Virus record (IMG/VR): IMGVR_UViG_3300032242_001192
Location: 8,166 to 72,165 of that record
Source of the DNA: a virus
DNA: 64,000 nucleotides
Strand: one strand, 5' to 3'
Positions 1 to 8,900 of the stretch are shown here, in pieces (the stretch's first letter is position 1; each line of letters opens with the position of its first letter). A model generated the notes under the pieces. It did no database searches, had not been told where the DNA came from, and saw only the letters and a program-made list of their open reading frames with translations. The translations under genes were made by a program, and so were the position numbers.

Positions 1-2
1 AT

Positions 3-3000
3 CCAAATTTACAGTTTAAAATAGGACCAGGTAAAGCTTATGTGGGCGGATATCCAGTAAAAACAGTAGGAACTACTAATTTTGCTATACCTAAATCTAA
101 TAAAACAGAAACGAAAGTTGGATATAATATTAATACATTTCAAGGAAATTATTTAAAAGTTTCTAATGTAAAGTATCTTTTAGTTCCTCCGCAAACAACA
201 AATGCAAGTTATAGTTTTTTAGAATTACATAACGTTAGAAATCCTGCAAATGCAACTACAAGAGTAGGAACAGTCAGTTTTAAAGATTTAGAATATGACA
301 CATCTTTGGGGCAGGATACTATATTCAAATTCTTTTATAACTATTATGCGCCTGTAGCTGAAGCTCCAGCATCTTGGTCTGCATGGTCAACAAAATATAA
401 TATACCTTCGGACGAAGGACAATATATTGCAAACGCATTATACACAAATAATGATTTATTAGGTAACTATGGTACAGCTAGCACACCTCACTATGGTTTA
501 TTCAGAGAACCAGATGTTGCAGGAGTAGCTTTTTGGTGGAGCTATTGGAATTCTAATGGAAGAGATATTGCAAAAGTAAAAGAAGCATTTGCAATTACTG
601 CGGAAAAGAGTAGTACAAGTGATTCCGCAAGAGTTTTATCAAATACTAAATCATATCTTCAAGTCATAAACAATAGCCCATTTATAGATGGGTTATTGAA
701 TGTACAACAGGTAAAAAGTATTGTGGGTGTTGCAAATGAACTTACTAGTCAAGGTACATCTGCGACTTATGGTTCTCCATTCTTTTATGCGGATATAGCA
801 GATCCTGCAGGTTTAGATAGTTCTAATAACATTAAAATATTTGATCCAATATCTGCGGATAAATTAGTATATGATATAAACAAAAAATATGTAACTACAT
901 TACGAAATATTAGAACACAATATAATAAAGTTTATAATAACGCGATATTTGCAGGTGGAACTTATAGTAAAACACTTTCATTACCAGAAACACTTGCGGT
1001 AGGAGATGGAACTATTCCCTCAAGCACAGCAAGATCAAATTTCGTTGTATTAGTTAAATCCGGGGCAACATCAAATGTCAAATTAGGAGCATTTAACTTT
1101 GAAAGAGGATCTGTAGTAGTTACAGGATCGGGAGCAACAGTTTCATTTGATTTAGGCGATCCTTCATTTACTGGGGTAGCAGATATCCTATTAAAAATAC
1201 AAAATGATAATACTCAAATTAGAACAAAAACTTTAGTTCAAAATGCAATAGTTAATATAGAAGTAAATGCAGCCGAAAAAGAATATAGTTTAGGTATAGC
1301 AGACATATATCGTTTTGGAGGAATTTATAAATTATCAAATATTGCAAAATATAGAGGTACCTGGTCTTCTGGAACAAATTATAGTTATGAAGATGTAGTG
1401 TTAAATTATGGATACATGTATAAATCAATTTATCCGTCTTCCAATGTTTCAGTGTATAATGCAAACGTATGGTCTCCAATTCCAGCATTATCTTCAAATA
1501 ATTATGTTTTAAATGATGGCCAAAGAGATAATTTTTATGATCATGCTTCTATAAAGTATATAGGCGGTACTTCAAGTATACCTGGAAATGTATTAGTAAC
1601 ATTTTCATATTTTAATCATACAGGCGAAGGGCCTTTAACTGCAGAATCTTATAGTGCAAATTTATACTCAGCAATACCTACATATAAATCTGTTACTGAT
1701 AGTAGAGAATATAGTTTAAGAGATTCTATAGATTTTAGACCAAGAAGAATTGATAATAGTACATATCAAAATTATGATACAGCGGTCATTCCAATTAGTA
1801 GTGCTATTACTGAGGCAGATGTCACATACTTACTAGGTAGAATTGATAGACTATATGTAACAAACACGTTACAAAATTTTAATTCTCCTTATAATAGTTT
1901 TTTAATTGAAACAGGAATTCCATCATTATCACCCGTGGAACCTACTGATAATTCAGATTTAACTAAACTAAGTATAGCAACGATTGCTGTACCTGCATAT
2001 AGTTATAATGCAACCGAATGTGTTATTTCTTATTCTGATTACAAACGATATACCATGGTTGATATAGGAAATATACAAAAATTAACAACTAGATTAGATA
2101 AACAAATAAAATTACATGCAATAGAAATTGCAAACCTTAAGGGCGTTATAACGAACGATAACGGAGATTCTTTATTAAAGACAGGAATTTTGGTTGAGGA
2201 TTTTACAACTATTGACAGAGGCGATACTGTAAATTCAGGGTTTCTTTGTGCTATAGATACTGTAAGAAAAGTATGTTCACCGGGGGTGGATATTACAGAT
2301 GTTAGTTTCTTTATGACTGATCCTAATACTACAAATATATCTAGAAGTGCGGATATTATTAGTATGCCTTATGTAGAAGAAATTTTTGCATCTAATTTAG
2401 AAGCGAATCACATTATCAATGTAAATCCTGCAGGTATAGATGATGGTAGAGGTAGAGCAGTTCTTTCAAGACAAAATGGAAGAGGTGTTAATTTATTATT
2501 AACTGGTCTTTTAATCATATCAGGATATTATCTTATTACAAGTGGAGTTGGGGCAATAATAGCAGGCGCAATAGGAACCGCTATAACTAGTATAGCAACC
2601 ACTGCTGCAGCATATTTAATTGTGGGATATAATTCTTTGATAGCGGCGGGTGCTGCATATTTTCCCGCATTAAGTCAATTAAGTATAACTGTTAACAGCG
2701 GAATTCTTGCTCCAGTTTCTGACGCAATTGCTGCAAGTGGCGGAGGATCATCTGTAGTTATATCGTCAACGGGAGCGAATTCTGTAGCAGGAGGTGCTTC
2801 GATTGAAGGTGTGGGTGTTGCGGAAACTGGGGCTTCTGGAACAGTCGGCGGAGCCACTGCGGTTGAAGGATATGAAGGCGTGGGTGTTGCGGAAACTGGG
2901 GCTTCTGGCACAGTAGGCGGAGGAGCTGCCACTGCAGGCGCTGAAGCTTCTGGTGCCTGGACCGTACCAGAAATAGCACTCGCGGTTGCAGCAACGTATG

Positions 3001-3134
3001 TGGTAATCAAATATGCTCCAGAAATAGGAGCCGCAGTAAAACACGTGGGCGATCAGGTACAAAAAACCGGTCAAGATATAGTAAATGGTGTTAATGATTT
3101 AGGCGATAGTTTGGCAGATATTGGTGGATGGTAA
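3..3134 (+). CDS. VrlC/DUF4815-type large virion structural protein, N-terminal part (5'-truncated by window)
   Basis: Frame open from position 3 (PNLQFKIGPGKAYVGGY); family-like motifs GQRDNFYD, LRDSIDFRPR, YLLGRID, KRYTMVDIG, KTGILVEDF, NVNP. Confidence 0.75.
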   Translation, partial: PNLQFKIGPGKAYVGGYPVKTVGTTNFAIPKSNKTETKVGYNINTFQGNYLKVSNVKYLLVPPQTTNASYSFLELHNVRNPANATTRVGTVSFKDLEYDTSLGQDTIFKFFYNYYAPVAEAPASWSAWSTKYNIPSDEGQYIANALYTNNDLLGNYGTASTPHYGLFREPDVAGVAFWWSYWNSNGRDIAKVKEAFAITAEKSSTSDSARVLSNTKSYLQVINNSPFIDGLLNVQQVKSIVGVANELTSQGTSATYGSPFFYADIADPAGLDSSNNIKIFDPISADKLVYDINKKYVTTLRNIRTQYNKVYNNAIFAGGTYSKTLSLPETLAVGDGTIPSSTARSNFVVLVKSGATSNVKLGAFNFERGSVVVTGSGATVSFDLGDPSFTGVADILLKIQNDNTQIRTKTLVQNAIVNIEVNAAEKEYSLGIADIYRFGGIYKLSNIAKYRGTWSSGTNYSYEDVVLNYGYMYKSIYPSSNVSVYNANVWSPIPALSSNNYVLNDGQRDNFYDHASIKYIGGTSSIPGNVLVTFSYFNHTGEGPLTAESYSANLYSAIPTYKSVTDSREYSLRDSIDFRPRRIDNSTYQNYDTAVIPISSAITEADVTYLLGRIDRLYVTNTLQNFNSPYNSFLIETGIPSLSPVEPTDNSDLTKLSIATIAVPAYSYNATECVISYSDYKRYTMVDIGNIQKLTTRLDKQIKLHAIEIANLKGVITNDNGDSLLKTGILVEDFTTIDRGDTVNSGFLCAIDTVRKVCSPGVDITDVSFFMTDPNTTNISRSADIISMPYVEEIFASNLEANHIINVNPAGIDDGRGRAVLSRQNGRGVNLLLTGLLIISGYYLITSGVGAIIAGAIGTAITSIATTAAAYLIVGYNSLIAAGAAYFPALSQLSITVNSGILAPVSDAIAASGGGSSVVISSTGANSVAGGASIEGVGVAETGASGTVGGATAVEGYEGVGVAETGASGTVGGGAATAGAEASGAWTVPEIALAVAATYVVIKYAPEIGAAVKHVGDQVQKTGQDIVNGVNDLGDSLADIGGW
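2804..2922 (+). repeat. Two ~50-bp near-identical direct repeats 69 bp apart, encoding EGVGVAETGASGTVGG
   Basis: 2804-2853 vs 2873-2922 differ at 3 synonymous third-codon positions. Confidence 0.9.
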
Positions 3135-3165
3135 TTAAATAATAGTATATTAACAGGAAAAATAA

Positions 3166-4899
3166 ATGGCTCAAATTCAAGATCAAAATCAAGTAACACA
3201 AAACAATAGTATACTTCCCGTATATTCTAGTGCACAAATACTGGGGTTTAGTATTTCATTGATGCCACCTAATACAAAAATTTATGTTTATTGTAACGGA
3301 GTGGATATAACTGCTTTTTGTGCACCTGCTACAAAATCTCCATTATTAGGAGATCCTATAGTTACAGATCAATTAGGAAATGCATCTGGATATCTTTACA
3401 TTCCTAGTTTTGAAGGAAAATATAAATTTTTAGCAGGGGAAATGATGATGACGTTTGGTGATGCACCAAACAGTATTGCTGCATGTAAATATATTTCTGA
3501 AGCTATCTTTATGAATCACGGTATTGATTTAGTTGATACAGAACAAGGTGGTACTTTATCATTAAGAAGAATGGAGAAACTTAGAACAGATGTTTCTGGT
3601 TCTTCTACACAACCAAATACGACACAAGCAAGATTGGATCCTTTAGCCCAAACGTTTGTGGTTGATGGAACCAAATATCCGTTAGGAATATTTGTTACAG
3701 GTATTAATTTATTTTTCTATTCAAAAGACAACACGTTGCCTATTGCTGTAGAATTAAGACCAATGGTTAACGGTAAACCCTCAACTACAGAATATTTTTC
3801 TGGTTCTTTTAGTGTTATGGGGGCTAATGATGTTAAGGTATATGATCAAGCAACAGGAGATATACAACCAACAATATTTTCTTTTGCCCATTTAATATAT
3901 TTAAAACCTGGAGAATATGCATTTTGTGTAACAACTAAGTCTACCAAGTATCAAATATTTTCAGCAAAGCAAGGAGATGGGTTAACAGTAAAACAGCCAT
4001 TTGCAGGTTTATTATTTAAGCCACAAAATACAGGAGATTGGGTAGGTGATAGTACCGAAGACTTGACATTCGTTATACGAAAAGCCAAATTTAAAACTGG
4101 CACAACTACCTTTAAGATGAAAAATACTGCTTTAGATACAGTAAATGAATATAGTAGACTTCGATTATTAAGCACAGAAATTAATTTTGGTGCAACAGCA
4201 ACAGTAGGTTATAAAATTCAAACCACTCAAGCAGGATCAGGTATAAAATCTGATTTTAAAGAAATAGCAACGGGGGGTTTTGCAACACTCGATTCAAGAC
4301 AAACAGTTTCAAATGATAGTGATACTGTTTTAGAAGTATCAATGACAACTAAGAATCAAGATGTAAGTCCAATATTAGATAGACAGTTAATGTCCGCGCA
4401 AGTGTTTAATCCTTTAATTAAACCTTATACTTCAGAAATATCAGCAAGTGAATTATTACCAAATAGCGGAACTGCAAGATCAAGATATATCAGTAAAGTT
4501 ATATCTTTACAAGAAGGATTTGATTCTACAGGATTACAAGTTAAACTAGATGTTAACAGAAAAGTTGGAACAGATATTGAAGTATTTGGTAGAGTTTTGT
4601 CTAGAAAAGATAATGCCTTTGTTTCTGGAATTAAAAATAAACCATGGATTAAGATGCCTTTATATGCGCCACAGCAAAAAACATATGCGGGAACAAGTGA
4701 TAATAAATTTAATCAAGAAACATATCAGTTGCTTGAACCTTTGCTTAGTTATACAAATGCAGCAAATATTGCATCAAATGTTGCAATAACAGCATCCTAT
4801 ACAGATTTTGCACAATATCAAATTAAGGTAGTGTTTTATTCTAATGATTCTATATACTTACCTAAAATTAAAAATCTGACAGCAACTTCGGTAATATAA
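3166..4899 (+). CDS. VrlC/DUF4815-type structural protein, C-terminal part
   Basis: DPLAQTF, GIFVTGINLFF, YLKPGEYAF, EDLTFVIRKAKF, SRYISK, YQIKVVF..P.IKNL resemble the C-terminal half of these proteins. Confidence 0.75.
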   Translation: MAQIQDQNQVTQNNSILPVYSSAQILGFSISLMPPNTKIYVYCNGVDITAFCAPATKSPLLGDPIVTDQLGNASGYLYIPSFEGKYKFLAGEMMMTFGDAPNSIAACKYISEAIFMNHGIDLVDTEQGGTLSLRRMEKLRTDVSGSSTQPNTTQARLDPLAQTFVVDGTKYPLGIFVTGINLFFYSKDNTLPIAVELRPMVNGKPSTTEYFSGSFSVMGANDVKVYDQATGDIQPTIFSFAHLIYLKPGEYAFCVTTKSTKYQIFSAKQGDGLTVKQPFAGLLFKPQNTGDWVGDSTEDLTFVIRKAKFKTGTTTFKMKNTALDTVNEYSRLRLLSTEINFGATATVGYKIQTTQAGSGIKSDFKEIATGGFATLDSRQTVSNDSDTVLEVSMTTKNQDVSPILDRQLMSAQVFNPLIKPYTSEISASELLPNSGTARSRYISKVISLQEGFDSTGLQVKLDVNRKVGTDIEVFGRVLSRKDNAFVSGIKNKPWIKMPLYAPQQKTYAGTSDNKFNQETYQLLEPLLSYTNAANIASNVAITASYTDFAQYQIKVVFYSNDSIYLPKIKNLTATSVI

Positions 4900-4900
4900 T

Positions 4901-5107
4901 ATGGAAGAAAGATACGTTCCTGTAGAAAATGATCCTAGATATGTAAAGGATATGTATAATTCTGCTATACTAAATACTGATGTTAATTCTGTGATAGCAC
5001 ACAAACAAAAGAAGAAAGTTTTGAATCAAATTAATAGTATGCAAGATGAGATAAATATGCTGAAAGAAGAACTTCAAAAAATTAAAACCCATTTACAGTT
5101 AAGTTAA
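4901..5107 (+). CDS. Small T4-like phage protein with C-terminal coiled coil
   Basis: VENDPRYVKD..AILNTD then heptad pattern; tight gene packing. Confidence 0.7.
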   Translation: MEERYVPVENDPRYVKDMYNSAILNTDVNSVIAHKQKKKVLNQINSMQDEINMLKEELQKIKTHLQLS

Positions 5108-5109
5108 CT

Positions 5110-6723
5110 ATGCCATCATTAAAAAATCTTTCAAACGTAAATGTAGGTACTACTGCCAATGACGGCACAGGCGACCTATTACGAGATTCATTCGTTAAAA
5201 TAAACAATAGTTTAAACTCCCTATATACCGGAGGACAAGTAACTTCGTTTAGTAACGATAATCAATTTGCTCCAGGATACACATGGGAAAATGATAAACG
5301 TACAGGATTCTATAATCCTGCAACGGGCGAAATAGGTGTTGCCTTAAACGGACAAGAAGGATTATATTTAAATCAAGATGGCACTATTACTTGGTTTGGT
5401 TCAGCGTTATCTACAAAGGGTTATGTTGATAGTCAGATTACTAGTTTTACTGGTGGAATAAGTGCAGCTAATATTGTAGTAACCACGGGTACAGGCAATA
5501 CTACTGTAACGGTTAACGGTGTCCCCGTGGTTTCTGCATTGCCGACAACAGGAAATTCTCAGGGAAGAATAGTATTTTATTTAGGTGATGTTTGGATATA
5601 TTCTTCATATCCCGCAGGCAATGGAACAGGATTGGCTGCAGATGCTGCGATTGCTAGGGCCGCAGGATCAGACTCAAGATGGGTTAAGTTTAGAGGTGAT
5701 ACTGCGATTACTGTTGGTTCAGTTAGACCAGCAACTGCACCCGAAGGCACTTTATATTATGAAACAGCAAATGCATTACCATATTTCTTTATATCCGGAG
5801 CTTGGAAAACATTATCAAGTGTTATAACATCTAGCGCTCCGTCTGGATTAGATGTTTTATCTGTATTACCAGGAACAGGAGATCCTTCAAACTACTCAGG
5901 TAGAACTGTGGTTGTTGGGTCAGTTGCATACATATTCATAGGTGGTGCGTGGAAAACATTGAGTAGTTATGTAAGTGGTGCAGGAGGAAGTGGAAGCGGA
6001 ATATCCACGGGCGACACTTTACCTGGCACTGCAAATGCTTATACACTATTTGCTAAAACAGGAACTAATCCTGGGTTATATATTTACGATGGTACAGCAT
6101 GGACAACAATACAAAAGTATTCTTCTAACACATCCACTGCAAGAATACAAACATTATCGGCATTACCTTCAGATGTAACGTACTACAATTCTGGAGATTT
6201 AGTAATTGTATCTGGAAAGAGTTATATCTTAAGAACAGACAAATCTGTTTGGGATTTATATTCCCCTGGTGCAAATACTACAGTAACAAATATTGTTTTG
6301 AATGCGGGTCAAGTAGGCAATGTGGAATTAGCAGCAAATTCTGTAACTAATAGTAAAATTGTACTTGGTGCAGTTACAGGAGATAGAATTGCAGATAATA
6401 CTATTACAGGAAGACAAATATTAGACTTATCTATAGGCTCTTCAGAATTATCGCCAAATGCTGTGACAACAGGAAAAATTCAAGCTGGGTCTATAACTGA
6501 TAGAGAAATTGCAGGCAATTCAATTAGTGGCACAAAAATTATTTCTGGCACTATTACTAAATCTCAACTTTCAGCAAACATATTTAATAATCTAAATGTT
6601 ACTGCAAATGCGTTATCCGATGTATCTCAAAACTTAGGTACAATCGTTTCGGGCGCTATACAGTCTATAGATGGAAAAATGGTAATTGATATTAATAATA
6701 AAATTATTAGAATTGAGTTATGA
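5110..6723 (+). CDS. Baseplate-attached fibre protein with gp9/gp10-like N-terminal anchor
   Basis: NVGTTANDGTGDLLRDSFVKIN; repeated (V/L)xxLP...Y..G.W modules; C-terminal (S/A)(V/I)T..(K/E)I repeats. Confidence 0.7.
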   Translation: MPSLKNLSNVNVGTTANDGTGDLLRDSFVKINNSLNSLYTGGQVTSFSNDNQFAPGYTWENDKRTGFYNPATGEIGVALNGQEGLYLNQDGTITWFGSALSTKGYVDSQITSFTGGISAANIVVTTGTGNTTVTVNGVPVVSALPTTGNSQGRIVFYLGDVWIYSSYPAGNGTGLAADAAIARAAGSDSRWVKFRGDTAITVGSVRPATAPEGTLYYETANALPYFFISGAWKTLSSVITSSAPSGLDVLSVLPGTGDPSNYSGRTVVVGSVAYIFIGGAWKTLSSYVSGAGGSGSGISTGDTLPGTANAYTLFAKTGTNPGLYIYDGTAWTTIQKYSSNTSTARIQTLSALPSDVTYYNSGDLVIVSGKSYILRTDKSVWDLYSPGANTTVTNIVLNAGQVGNVELAANSVTNSKIVLGAVTGDRIADNTITGRQILDLSIGSSELSPNAVTTGKIQAGSITDREIAGNSISGTKIISGTITKSQLSANIFNNLNVTANALSDVSQNLGTIVSGAIQSIDGKMVIDINNKIIRIEL

Positions 6724-7223
6724 CAACTACAGTATTTTATGCAGGTAATGTAAGTACAACAAAAGTTGTTTCTATATTCTCAAATCCAACAGGGTTGTCG
6801 GGAAATAATGCACCTCTACTAAATCCAACTCAAAATTTGGATAGAATATATTTCGATTCAAGATTTGATTATTTGAATATAGTATACAACGGCACATTTA
6901 CTACAGTATATAATCCAATTAATACTAATTCAACCGATCCAACAACTATAGTAAAAGGTGAGAATTATAAGACAACCGTTATTCATAATTTTGGTTATAC
7001 TCCTGCAGCAATTTTATTAGACTTTGATAGTAAAGAAGTTATAGGAGCACAAACTTTTATACAATCAGTAAATAGTTCTTTTAGAGTGGCTTCGTTGCAG
7101 ATGGATTCAAATAATTTTTATATTAAAGAAAGATATCATGTTGTCAACGATCCTTTGCCATCTATAACTAGACGTTATATTATATTAGCATTTAAACACC
7201 CTGCAACCGTTCCTAGTTTCTAA
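6720..7223 (+). CDS. Tail-associated hypothetical protein
   Basis: ATGA overlap with upstream fibre; FDSRFDY and HNFGYTP motifs. Confidence 0.55.
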   Translation: MTTTVFYAGNVSTTKVVSIFSNPTGLSGNNAPLLNPTQNLDRIYFDSRFDYLNIVYNGTFTTVYNPINTNSTDPTTIVKGENYKTTVIHNFGYTPAAILLDFDSKEVIGAQTFIQSVNSSFRVASLQMDSNNFYIKERYHVVNDPLPSITRRYIILAFKHPATVPSF

Positions 7224-7225
7224 TC

Positions 7226-8383
7226 ATGGCTAATGTAACACTTTTAAACATAACAGGACAATTAGTTACATTTGGAGCTAATGCAAATGTAGGATTAAGT
7301 TTTAATTCTGATAATGGATTTATCTATAAAAAAGATAATCAATATATTAGTACATCTGGTTCTGCTTTTACTAAAACATTATACTCTACGAGTTTAACAT
7401 TATATCAGGAAACAGATGTTGGAATATCGTATGTAGATTATAGCCAATTATCTAAAAGACAATCGTTAGGTCCACAAGTACCAAAGTCTGGGCCTTTTAT
7501 AGAAAATTATTCTGTTAACGGTGATTTGAATACTAATAATTTTATAGAATTACTTTTAATAGATAAGCCACCTATTAGAACAGGTGAATTTCAATTTACT
7601 ATTGGAACTGTTACGTTTACAGGAACTATAACTAAGCAAACAACATATACTCAATATAATTGGCAACGTGTAGGTGGTGTATATACCTATGTTGAAAGTG
7701 CAACACCATTGGGATATGGAATAGAAATAAGTAGAAGTTCTTTGTACACTGTTAGTTTAGTAAATGGTTCGTATGTTTATACACCAACAGATTTATTAAA
7801 CTTTTTAAATACCCTCAAAGGTGGGGAAGAAATAACATCTACATCCAATACAGGAAATCCAAATAGCGGTGGGGGAATTATATCCACATTTTCCTCATCT
7901 ATTACTGCACTGCCTATAACATCTTATTATATTCCACCTGCGGATGCGTTAAGATATATTGCAAGTTATCCAGATTTAATAGTTGCATATGGTACGGATT
8001 ATACAAAAGGACAACAGGATTATGCAAACTCTGCAGGTGCAAGACCTATATTGTTTGATCCCATTGCATATTTAAACAAATACCCTGACGTAAGACAATT
8101 GTATGGATATGACACATACAATGCAACAATAGATTTCATTACTACGGGATATTATCAGGGAAGAACGGCAGATGCTAGTTCAGTGAATCCCTTGACAGGC
8201 GGTTTGTATGATGAAAGATATAGTGCAGTTACACTTGCTGATGATTTAATTATTTGGCCAGAAGGCGAAACTTTAGCAGGATCAGGGTCTTCTCTTACTT
8301 ACAAATATAATACTACAAATTACTTTATTAATGGTAGTGTACCTGTAACAGGTAATGTAAAATATTTAGGAATTTTAGTATGA
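7226..8383 (+). CDS. Tail-associated protein with YIASYPDL/YLNKYPDV repeat
   Basis: ORF track; internal two-copy repeat of a kind seen in bacterial surface/RTX-type proteins. Confidence 0.55.
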   Translation: MANVTLLNITGQLVTFGANANVGLSFNSDNGFIYKKDNQYISTSGSAFTKTLYSTSLTLYQETDVGISYVDYSQLSKRQSLGPQVPKSGPFIENYSVNGDLNTNNFIELLLIDKPPIRTGEFQFTIGTVTFTGTITKQTTYTQYNWQRVGGVYTYVESATPLGYGIEISRSSLYTVSLVNGSYVYTPTDLLNFLNTLKGGEEITSTSNTGNPNSGGGIISTFSSSITALPITSYYIPPADALRYIASYPDLIVAYGTDYTKGQQDYANSAGARPILFDPIAYLNKYPDVRQLYGYDTYNATIDFITTGYYQGRTADASSVNPLTGGLYDERYSAVTLADDLIIWPEGETLAGSGSSLTYKYNTTNYFINGSVPVTGNVKYLGILV

Positions 8384-8862
8384 GTTTTTTATTCAATTCT
8401 ACAGAATTAACAGTAAAAGATAGTAGGGGAAAAATAAAATTTTCTTTAGATAAACAAATGCCTCATATCTTGTATAATACAACTGGGATAATACAAGTAC
8501 CATCAATATTATCCGGAGATAGAAATGCAGCATTCGTCAATAGAGTTGACGAATTTCCAATCATTTCAAACGATTTAATAAATACTAATGACTACTTTAT
8601 TATGCCCTTTTATGCAATAAATGGCGGGATTTCTGACAATACAGGATATGTTACTAGCGGTCAAGGTTCGATACAGATCAGAGAAATAACTCAGCCTAGT
8701 ACAGGAGAATACTTAGGTTGCTCCATAATGACAACGATTGCAGAAAATGGAGTATTAAAAATTGTGTGTAAACATAATTTAAACAGAGGGCAGTATAGTA
8801 ATATTGCTGGAGACGATGCAGTAAATATTGCATACAGAATATATTACGGGAGATTTAATTGA
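8380..8862 (+). CDS. Tail-associated hypothetical protein
   Basis: ORF track, ATGA coupling, tail-gene context. Confidence 0.5.
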   Translation: MSFLFNSTELTVKDSRGKIKFSLDKQMPHILYNTTGIIQVPSILSGDRNAAFVNRVDEFPIISNDLINTNDYFIMPFYAINGGISDNTGYVTSGQGSIQIREITQPSTGEYLGCSIMTTIAENGVLKIVCKHNLNRGQYSNIAGDDAVNIAYRIYYGRFN

Positions 8863-8900
8863 AATCTCTAGATGTTAAGAATAACTAATTACGGATTAAA

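Noticed and set aside
2804-2922. Repeat pair as a possible DGR template/variable region
   Set aside because: Adjacent in-frame duplication with synonymous differences not restricted to adenines; no reverse transcriptase in the window
2675-3074. Three overlapping minus-strand ORFs, one Pro/Ala/Thr-rich
   Set aside because: Shadows of the GC-richer Gly/Ala repeat on the + strand; no SD or promoter support
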